This document shows, in pieces, positions 1 through 6,685 of a DNA stretch of 9,441 nt. Position 1 is the stretch's first letter, and each line of letters starts with the position of its first letter. Below the pieces are notes generated by a model. It was not told where the DNA came from. It did not search any database and saw only the letters and a list, made by a program, of their open reading frames with translations. The DNA is from Candidatus Baldrarchaeum yapensis (GTDB lineage: Archaea > Asgardarchaeota > Baldrarchaeia > Baldrarchaeales > Baldrarchaeaceae), in the NCBI GenBank assembly GCA_016840465.1, contig JAEOSH010000071.1:1-9441 (forward strand). The letters run 5' to 3'. A program made the translations under genes and the position numbers.

Positions 1-207
1 ATATTATGTCCATCTATTATCTATCTTTCAATATTAGAGTCCGGAAAAGTATTTACGAATTTAGTATGATGTTGGTGTTTTTCTTAAAAGATTTCAACAA
101 TTGCTGAAGGGACAATGATGATATACCGGATACACAGCGAATTGTTAATGCCCCAAGAAAGTTAAAATGAAAGGATGCTGTCATATGTACTTCCGGAGGG
201 AGAAAAT

Positions 208-1164
208 ATGGCGGAGAAGAAGTTGATTATCACATGTGCAATCACCGGAGCGATGACGATACCCTCACAGACGCCGTATCTTCCAATAACACCGGAACAG
301 ATATCCGATGAGGTTAAAAGAGCCTACGAAGCGGGTGCCGCGATAGTTCACATACACGCTAGGGATCCTGACACGGGCGCGCCGACTTCCGACCTCAAGG
401 TGTTCAAGGAAATCCTAGCAGGAATAAAAAAGAAGGCGCCAGATGTTGTGGTGTGTCTAACAACTGGTGGTAGCGCTGGGATGACAACAGAAGAAAGGAT
501 TTGCGTGGTTCCTGAATTCGAGCCCGAAGTCGCTTCATTTAACATGGGCTCGATGAATTTCTCCTTTCATCCACGTGCACTCCAGAAATTAAAGTCTATT
601 GCAAAACAACCCTGGGAAAAGGCGTTGCTAGATCTTTCATGGGACTTCGTATTCAAGAACACGTTCAAGGATCTAGAGTACTTCTGTAAGACGATGCTCG
701 AACACAAAACAAAGCCGGAACTTGAAATTTATGATGTGGGGCATATATATAATGCACGCATCTTAATGGATATGGGACTGCTGAAGCCTCCGCTGTGGAT
801 ACAATTTGTAACGGGAGTTGTCGGCGGCGTCGGTGGAAATATTCATGAACTCGTACACCTCAAAGAGACCGCAGACAGGGTATTCGGGCCTAACAATTAC
901 GACTTCTCAGTGATAGGGATAGGCTATCCGTGGGAGTTCGAGGCCGCTGCAATAGCAATCGCAATGGGTGGCCATGTTAGAGTCGGGCTGGAGGATAACA
1001 TTTTCATAAAGAAGGGAGAGCTTGCGAAGAGCAATGCTGAACTTGTCGCAAAGGTTGTAAGGATTGCAGAAGAACTGGGAAGAGACATTGCAGCACCGGA
1101 TGATGTCAGAAAAATGCTCGGTCTTAAGGGTAAGGAGAACACCAAATGGTGGAATATGGTCTAA
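208..1164 (+). CDS. 3-keto-5-aminohexanoate cleavage enzyme family protein (BKACE / DUF849, Zn-dependent TIM barrel)
   Basis: Family motifs: IITCAITGA at the N-terminus, PITPEQI, EAGAAIVHIHARDP (HxH zinc ligands), TTGG, ASFNMGSMNF, PELEIYD, GGHVRVGLEDN (Glu ligand), SNAELV. Start placed at ATG 208 rather than 175 because GGAGGG lies at 195-200. kce not assigned because the substrate residue differs (see findings). Confidence 0.93.
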   Translation: MAEKKLIITCAITGAMTIPSQTPYLPITPEQISDEVKRAYEAGAAIVHIHARDPDTGAPTSDLKVFKEILAGIKKKAPDVVVCLTTGGSAGMTTEERICVVPEFEPEVASFNMGSMNFSFHPRALQKLKSIAKQPWEKALLDLSWDFVFKNTFKDLEYFCKTMLEHKTKPELEIYDVGHIYNARILMDMGLLKPPLWIQFVTGVVGGVGGNIHELVHLKETADRVFGPNNYDFSVIGIGYPWEFEAAAIAIAMGGHVRVGLEDNIFIKKGELAKSNAELVAKVVRIAEELGRDIAAPDDVRKMLGLKGKENTKWWNMV

Positions 1165-1193
1165 TTTGAATTCTTTTAACTTAACGTCTACTA

Positions 1194-1211
1194 TTTTCTC
1201 TTTTTATTTTT
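1194..1211 (+). terminator. Putative archaeal-type oligo(U) intrinsic terminator
   Basis: TTTTCTCTTTTTATTTTT about 30 nt after the TAA of the BKACE gene; no GC hairpin. Confidence 0.45.
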
Positions 1212-1248
1212 GTCAAGCTTTGAATAACCAGACATAATTCGACCATTT

Positions 1249-1261
1249 TTACAAATTGTAA
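1249..1261. promoter_or_regulatory. Palindrome TTACAA-A-TTGTAA, candidate operator upstream of the TauE gene
   Basis: Perfect 6-bp inverted repeat with a 1-nt spacer about 60 nt upstream of ATG 1323, in AT-rich intergenic DNA. Confidence 0.25.
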
Positions 1262-1322
1262 CTAAATATTTTTATTCAGTTACTATATGAAACCAACGAT
1301 AGAAGCGTACGGAGGATAATGT

Positions 1323-2147
1323 ATGAGGCACATGACGACAGATCCACTAATGCTACTTATTCTGGTGTTTGTAGGTCTCCTTGCTGGGATGTTTGGTGGA
1401 CTTATCGGAACTGGTGGTTGTAGCATAATGCTACCAATACTGGATTTCTACATCTACGGTGGAAAGGACACGGCACTCGCAATAGGGACGACAATCTTTG
1501 CGGTGATATTCACCACTCTCTCGGGGGCCTATGGCCATCTCAAGATCAGGAATCTGGATGTCAAATCGACGAAATGGCTAGCAAGCGGTGGAGCAATGGG
1601 AGCCGTGGTCGGTTCTATAATGTTCTGGTATCTTAAAGGACAGTTAATTTGGTTATGGCTCATTTTAGGTTTAGTCTTCATACTTCCGTCGATCAGGATG
1701 ATATATGAGGGTGCTCTTAAGAAGGGTCCCGCAAAGCCCTCGGGCGAGTCGTGGCTTGGAGGAGAGATCCCCGGAAATCCGTATAACAAGACGGTCTTTG
1801 GATTTATCATAGGCCTTACAACGGGGCTTGTAGGTCTCGGAGGAGGTTATGCCCTTGTACCCGGTCTCATATACCTATTTGGCGCTCCGGTGCACGTAAC
1901 GATGGGCACGTCTCTTGCTACGATGATTCCACTTGCAATAATAAGTGCGAGTTTCAAGGCATACAGCGGGGATATAGACTTCGGCGCCGGAATTGCACTT
2001 GCTATTGGGACGATAATTGGTGCTCAGATAGGAGCAAGGCTGATAAAGAGGTTCTCTCCATGGGCATTGAAACTGATATTTGGCGCATACTTCCTATACG
2101 TGTCCATAAAATATTTGGGAAAGGCGATCGGTATCCCGATTCCCTAG
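1323..2147 (+). CDS. Sulfite exporter TauE/SafE (TSUP) family membrane protein
   Basis: About 8 hydrophobic segments in two homologous halves, each with the Gly-rich motif (GGLIGTGGCSIMLP; GLVGLGGGYALVP) followed by AIGT / TMGTSL; C-terminal GAQIGARL. GGAGG at 1311-1315. Confidence 0.88.
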   Translation: MRHMTTDPLMLLILVFVGLLAGMFGGLIGTGGCSIMLPILDFYIYGGKDTALAIGTTIFAVIFTTLSGAYGHLKIRNLDVKSTKWLASGGAMGAVVGSIMFWYLKGQLIWLWLILGLVFILPSIRMIYEGALKKGPAKPSGESWLGGEIPGNPYNKTVFGFIIGLTTGLVGLGGGYALVPGLIYLFGAPVHVTMGTSLATMIPLAIISASFKAYSGDIDFGAGIALAIGTIIGAQIGARLIKRFSPWALKLIFGAYFLYVSIKYLGKAIGIPIP

Positions 2148-2155
2148 AAGTTCCC

Positions 2156-3442
2156 TTATTCCTCCTTTATTATTTCCTCGGTACAAAGTCGTGCAGAGTA
2201 CCAGGCGATATCCCCACCGGAGCCGGGCGCCGAATAAGAATCCCCGGCGAAGAATAACCCCTTGATATCAGATCTTACGGGAATTCTATCAATTCTTGAC
2301 TGATGATAGTAAGGTGCTGCCCCGTCCACCATCGGGAGTGTCATCTTCCGAGTCCAAAGTATTTTATCCTTCAACTCCGGCAGCATCTCATAAATCAACT
2401 TTTCGAGCCTTTTAATAGCGTTTTCTTTCTCCTGCTCGAATTTTTCCCTCGGAATCGGCATGTAAAATGTTGCAAGTTGCTTCCCAGATGGCGCAACACT
2501 CTCGTCTATATTGGATGTCACAACCCCCATTACAAACGGATCCTCTGAAACTATCATCCCAGAGTACTCCACAACTGGCTCGGAAATTGCAAGATCTATG
2601 GAAACTCCTGCCGTGGGTACGGTTCCTTTCGCCTTCTTAACGAAGTCCTCTGGAAACAATTTCTCGTCAAGAATAGAAAAGATGTCTTGGCATGGAATCG
2701 CAACAACCACCTTATCGGCCTCTACAACCTCGCCATCGGCCTCGACTCCTCTAACTTTACCCTCCTCGACGATGACCCTGCGAACCTCCGTTCCCGTTCT
2801 AACTTCATTACCAGACTCGGTTATCACGCTAAAAAGGTTGTCAAAAATGGTCTTCCACCCACCCTTGGGATAGCCAGCTCCCTGCCCTGCCGCAATAGCC
2901 TGCTTTATCACATCTATGAATTCACCTGCAGATGCCCTTTCCAACTCTGGGACGACTAATACCAGTCCGGAGATAACTCTGAGGAGACGACGAACCTTAT
3001 CGCTCTTAACCTTATTCTTCATCCATTCAGAAAGCGGCGTGCTAAAATATTTGCTTGGATCCTCTCGAAGCGCTGTCATGAGTACGGATAAAGTCTCGTT
3101 CTTTTCCTGATCGGTAAGATAATCTGTAGTCCTTATCGCTACAGCGCTTAGAGGTAATGCATAAAACCTACCCTCGCTGTATAATACGCTCTCACCGGGC
3201 CTTATCATCTCCACCTTTTTACCCAATTCCCTCATCGTCTTTGCGATAATGCCTTTATCGCCAAATCTCGCCATATGTATGCCATAATCCAGCAAGAATC
3301 CTTCTTTTTCGATAACCATTGCCCGACCGCCGACTCTTGACGTCTTCTCCAGAACCACAACTTTATATCCCTTTTTCGAGAGAAGAGCAGCAGTGACGAG
3401 CCCTCCTACTCCGGCACCCACCACTACAACATCAAATTTCAT
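2156..3442 (-). CDS. FAD/NAD(P)-dependent oxidoreductase, phytoene desaturase-like (COG1233-type)
   Basis: Rossmann motif FDVVVVGAGVGG, EKTSRVGGRA, LDYG, YPKGG, SVAPSGK and C-terminal GLFFAGD. Start placed at ATG 3442 (MKFDVV), preceded by GGGTGAG. Confidence 0.85.
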   Translation of the reverse strand: MKFDVVVVGAGVGGLVTAALLSKKGYKVVVLEKTSRVGGRAMVIEKEGFLLDYGIHMARFGDKGIIAKTMRELGKKVEMIRPGESVLYSEGRFYALPLSAVAIRTTDYLTDQEKNETLSVLMTALREDPSKYFSTPLSEWMKNKVKSDKVRRLLRVISGLVLVVPELERASAGEFIDVIKQAIAAGQGAGYPKGGWKTIFDNLFSVITESGNEVRTGTEVRRVIVEEGKVRGVEADGEVVEADKVVVAIPCQDIFSILDEKLFPEDFVKKAKGTVPTAGVSIDLAISEPVVEYSGMIVSEDPFVMGVVTSNIDESVAPSGKQLATFYMPIPREKFEQEKENAIKRLEKLIYEMLPELKDKILWTRKMTLPMVDGAAPYYHQSRIDRIPVRSDIKGLFFAGDSYSAPGSGGDIAWYSARLCTEEIIKEE

Positions 3443-3506
3443 ATTCTCACCCTCTCTCCTGGCGGTATTCCTCATCGCATGTTAAAGTGAAAAATCTTCT
3501 CTCACC

Positions 3507-3520
3507 AGGTAGATATACCT
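3507..3520. promoter_or_regulatory. Palindrome AGGTA-GATA-TACCT, candidate operator upstream of the oxidoreductase
   Basis: 5-bp inverted repeat with a 4-nt spacer about 65-80 nt upstream of the minus-strand start at 3442. Confidence 0.2.
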
Positions 3521-3656
3521 CGCATGACCATCTTATATTTCCTTCTCGGGGTTTAATATCGTTACATAAGATGACCAACATGTTTTTACGAAGCCGTATA
3601 TTGAGGATATGCGATCGATTTTTCGAGAAGCCGCATGGAATGCTATCGAGAAACGG

Positions 3657-4640
3657 TTAACGTTCCAGCACCGCAAGAATGGTCTCCGGCTGATCGGTCA
3701 TCCACAAATCAAACGGGTTGAATATCTTTGTGCGGTAGCCCCACTCCTCCATAAGCCTCGCTCTGTATTCGTTTGCCTCTCTGTTTGTCCTTACGTTGAT
3801 TCCGTAAACATTAAGCAATTTCTTCCTGTTATAATCGAAGCAACACGGCGTGAACATGACAATACGAGGTCTCCACTTCTCTACAAGCTCTAGGAGTTTA
3901 AAAGCAAGACCATGAGTGTGCAATCCTATTATTGCGTCAAACCTCCCGATAGCGTCATAATCGAAGTTCTCGGCATCCGCCGTTATGAAACTGACATTCG
4001 AAATTCCGAAAAACCATGCCATTACCCTATTGAAGAAGTTCTCCGCACTATTTACCTCTATTCCAACTATTTCGATCTCGGGGAATATGTATGCGAGGCA
4101 TAACGAAAGAAACGCCTTTCCGCACCCTAATTCAAGTATTCTCTCGTTGCCACGCAGAAGCGGCGCGAGGTGCTCTATGAACCTCACCGTCTGCATCATT
4201 TTAGGCACGGAGAAGTTATGAACATATCTACGCATCACCGCCATGAAGTAAAAGGTCATATCGCCGTATATGTTAAAACTGCTAAGCTTTCTCGTGTTCC
4301 TACGCGCCTCTTCGGAAAACCTCCAACTATTGATAGGCCTGATCACAACTTTCCGCTCTATCACGCGTGGGTACTTCTCCACCTCCCCCTCGAATAAGGG
4401 CACCCTATATTTCCAGTTAGGGGTCAACACGGTGAAAGGGGTCTTCATGTTCGTGCTTATCTTCACGGCCAGTATCGGGCGCTCTATCTCGTCCAGTAGA
4501 TATAGATATCTCTTGGGAAATGGGAACTCCTCCTCGTCCTCCCTTATTCTCACAACGTATTTCTCTATCTCCTCCATCGGAATGTCATACTCCTTTATTG
4601 GAAGTCCGCTCCATCTTCCCTTTCCACGCAATCTCTGCAC
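3657..4640 (-). CDS. Class I SAM-dependent methyltransferase (Methyltransf_32-like) with an N-terminal region of unknown function
   Basis: Motif I ILELGCGKAFLS, acidic end of strand 2 (IVGIEVN), FITADAE, IIGLHTHG and FTPCCF, preceded by KMMQTVRFIEHL. Start uncertain: GTG 4640 or TTG 4631, with AAGGAG at 4647-4642. Confidence 0.75.
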   Translation of the reverse strand: MQRLRGKGRWSGLPIKEYDIPMEEIEKYVVRIREDEEEFPFPKRYLYLLDEIERPILAVKISTNMKTPFTVLTPNWKYRVPLFEGEVEKYPRVIERKVVIRPINSWRFSEEARRNTRKLSSFNIYGDMTFYFMAVMRRYVHNFSVPKMMQTVRFIEHLAPLLRGNERILELGCGKAFLSLCLAYIFPEIEIVGIEVNSAENFFNRVMAWFFGISNVSFITADAENFDYDAIGRFDAIIGLHTHGLAFKLLELVEKWRPRIVMFTPCCFDYNRKKLLNVYGINVRTNREANEYRARLMEEWGYRTKIFNPFDLWMTDQPETILAVLER

Positions 4641-4650
4641 GCTCCTTGTC

Positions 4651-5032
4651 TTACCTTAAAATCTCTACATCAACCCGCCTCCAATCATCATCCAACGTCA
4701 GGATCCTCTTTATACCCTTCTTGATCATGAAGATGTAGATAAGGGCATCACCAACGTCGATGCTTTTTCTCTTTCATTACTCATTACTCAACATCATCCG
4801 ATGATAATTTAATGCATTCTACCTCTATTTCCAGGTCGCGGAGGAGTTGTGGAAATCTATCCATAAGTATCGCAAACAACCTACGCCTTCTCTCGTCTTT
4901 TTCCTCTCTTAATAACTCATTTATGACGGTCAGAAATTCGTAAATCACTATAGGAATTGTAACGAGTCTGAACCCCTTCGCTACAGAGTCAGAAAACATT
5001 TTTCTTCCTTTGAAAAACACGTTTGTATCCAT
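4651..5032 (-). pseudogene. vapC: Disrupted VapC-like PIN-domain toxin
   Basis: N-half (VF)MDTNVF...IPIVIYEF...SDDVE ends in TAA TGA (4786-4781). The C-half in a +1 frame reads IDVGDALIYIFMIKKGIKRILTLDDDWRRVDVEILR* (TAA 4653-4651). All four PIN acidic positions (DTN, YE, GDA, TLD) are still recognisable. Confidence 0.85.
4774..4790 (+). repeat. Short tandem repeat (TCATTAC)x2.4 at the vapC lesion
   Basis: TCATTAC TCATTAC TCA; on the minus strand it supplies the in-frame TAA TGA stops of the PIN gene. Confidence 0.7.
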
Positions 5033-5038
5033 GAAAAC

Positions 5039-5330
5039 TCAGTCAGTTCTCATCACCTCTCTCCTTATCACTTTTGCAAGTCTCTCCTCGATTTCCCTAG
5101 GCAGCATTTTGTCAAGCCCTGCCTCCTCCACGATATTGAACCAGGCATCTAAAAATCTCGAGCATCTTTCTCAACTTTTCCTCTCTATCAGCACTATGAC
5201 TTCTTTCACCTTCTCCTCACTTGTGCCCACCACGAAAAACGCCCCCTAACGGGCATATAAAAACCTCATGTACGCCTCTGAACGGAAGTACGACTCGTCC
5301 TCTCTCATCGACTCTTCTCCTTTCTATCAT
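5039..5330 (-). pseudogene. vapB: Disrupted AbrB/MazE/SpoVT-type antitoxin (VapB-like)
   Basis: ATG 5330 reads MIERRRVDERGRVVLP (AbrB signature). There is one extra base in the G5/T5 runs at 5246-5235. The shifted frame reads VVGTSEEKVKEVIVLIERKS*(TGA 5173-5171)ERCSRFLDAWFNIVEEAGLDKMLPREIEERLAKVIRREVMRTD* (TGA 5041-5039), ending 6 nt before the PIN ATG. Confidence 0.75.
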
Positions 5331-6685
5331 AACGGCCCCCGCATATAATCCCACATGCACGGGGAAAATTTTTTTCGGTAGTAATATACATAGATAGGAC
5401 AAACATGTGGGATCAATTGCAATAATTTCCTCGGTCTCCCTCTTACCCTTTTGATTGCAAAAAGAAGCACTATGATCATTATTGCAATGGCAACAGATGC
5501 CACAATTACCCAGAAGAATAAATAATTCCAGTAGTAATTGTCCGTAATTATACCGACGTGCGGCCTCTCGGTCCATACCTCTTTTTCAATTACCCTAAGA
5601 GAGTTGTTCTTTATGTAACTTAAATAGTTGCGAAATTCTCCAACGTAGTCCCATGTACATGCACAGAACCACAACATAATCGGATCTTCCTTCAGCCATC
5701 GAGCATTATAATAGCACGAAGAGGGGGTGTTGCCTGAGCCAAATGTGAGATCTATCGGTAACCATCCGTACGGTGGCACGAACACCACTGCCCATCCATG
5801 GCCGGCAAAATTCTTATAATCAGCATAAAATCCGTAAGTGGTATTGCTATTGCCGAGTATCCACAACCTTATCTCCCTGTCGACGTACCACCCGCCTGCC
5901 ATGAGATAGGCTGGTATTCCAATTGTCCTCAAGATCGCTATCAGAAGGTTCGCCTGATCATCACAATCTCCTGTTGCAGTCTCATTACGACGTATTTTCC
6001 TAATGATCTCCTCGGGATATTTAGGAAGCGATAGGCAGGAAGGATAGGCAACATGGGATTTCACCCACGTCACTGCCGCATACACTATTTCCAAAACGTT
6101 AGACTTATTCTTCACGCCGGAAAGCACTTGATCTGCCGCCCACTGCACCTCAGTACTAGATGTGTTCCAAAGAGGTGTTTCCCTCGTGTACCTATAATAA
6201 TCATCTCTGAGAAGAATAGAACACTGAGGAATTGTGCCCGAATCGTTTACAGAAAGGTAATCCGGCATATCACTGAAAGATGCTAACCTTTTATCGTTAA
6301 ATAATTCGACGGTGTACGATATACATATATTCACCGTACTCTTTGGTGCGAGTTTTGTGACCGGGAGATTTAACTTAAGCAGTGATAGAACATTCCCGCC
6401 TTTACTCTTGATTACCGAAATATTGACACTTTTCCCATTAACTTTTACATTTATGTTAAAAACCATCTGAAAGCTGGTATTAGGGGGTATCAGCACGATA
6501 TCAAAGATGCCGTCGATTCGCACGTTTTTGCTTCCATTATTATAAACGTATAGCGAGTAGTTTACGACCCATGTAATTCCTCTCGTGAGCTTTGCTTTAG
6601 GGAGAAAGGATGGAACTAGTACGTACATGCAGAATATCATTGAGAGGGATACTATCGCCCCGACCAACTTAACGCCTCGTGACAT
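5327..6685 (-). CDS. Membrane-anchored transglutaminase-like (Cys-His-Asp) domain protein
   Basis: TGDCDDQANLLIAILRTIGIPA (catalytic Cys), GHGWAVVF (His), GWLPIDLT (Asp). N-terminal hydrophobic segment LVGAIVSLSMIFCMYVLVP and C-terminal TM helix LFFWVIVASVAIAIMIIVLLFAI followed by basic KRVRGRPRK. Start placed at ATG 6685 (MSRGVK). Confidence 0.85.
   Translation of the reverse strand: MSRGVKLVGAIVSLSMIFCMYVLVPSFLPKAKLTRGITWVVNYSLYVYNNGSKNVRIDGIFDIVLIPPNTSFQMVFNINVKVNGKSVNISVIKSKGGNVLSLLKLNLPVTKLAPKSTVNICISYTVELFNDKRLASFSDMPDYLSVNDSGTIPQCSILLRDDYYRYTRETPLWNTSSTEVQWAADQVLSGVKNKSNVLEIVYAAVTWVKSHVAYPSCLSLPKYPEEIIRKIRRNETATGDCDDQANLLIAILRTIGIPAYLMAGGWYVDREIRLWILGNSNTTYGFYADYKNFAGHGWAVVFVPPYGWLPIDLTFGSGNTPSSCYYNARWLKEDPIMLWFCACTWDYVGEFRNYLSYIKNNSLRVIEKEVWTERPHVGIITDNYYWNYLFFWVIVASVAIAIMIIVLLFAIKRVRGRPRKLLQLIPHVCPIYVYYYRKKFSPCMWDYMRGPL
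5348..5413. repeat. 10-bp perfect inverted repeat ATCCCACATG ... CATGTGGGAT (46-nt spacer)
   Basis: Arms at 5348-5357 and 5404-5413, immediately upstream of the antitoxin start and inside the 3' end of the transglutaminase gene. Confidence 0.5.

Noticed and set aside
175-207. Upstream starts chosen by the ORF track (175; also 3475, 6733, 6947)
   Set aside because: Downstream ATGs (208, 3442, 6685, 6956) have better ribosome-binding sites and, where a family is known, match its N-terminus.
5010-5249. 79-aa plus-strand ORF over the antitoxin region
   Set aside because: Ser/Leu-rich antisense shadow of the minus-strand AbrB/PIN remnants.
4651-5330. Stop-codon recoding (TGA as Sec/Trp) producing an antitoxin-toxin fusion
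   Set aside because: A TAA and two frameshifts would remain, and TGA is used as a normal stop by the transglutaminase and acyl-CoA dehydrogenase genes.
5327-5410. Degenerate zinc ribbon in the transglutaminase tail (VCPIY...SPCMW), possibly frameshifted at the A7/T4/C4 runs
   Set aside because: No frame gives two clean CxxC pairs; too speculative.
5217-5576. 119-aa minus-strand ORF ending in the AbrB motif
   Set aside because: The first 82 codons overlap the transglutaminase gene in another frame; only the part from ATG 5330 is the antitoxin N-terminus.
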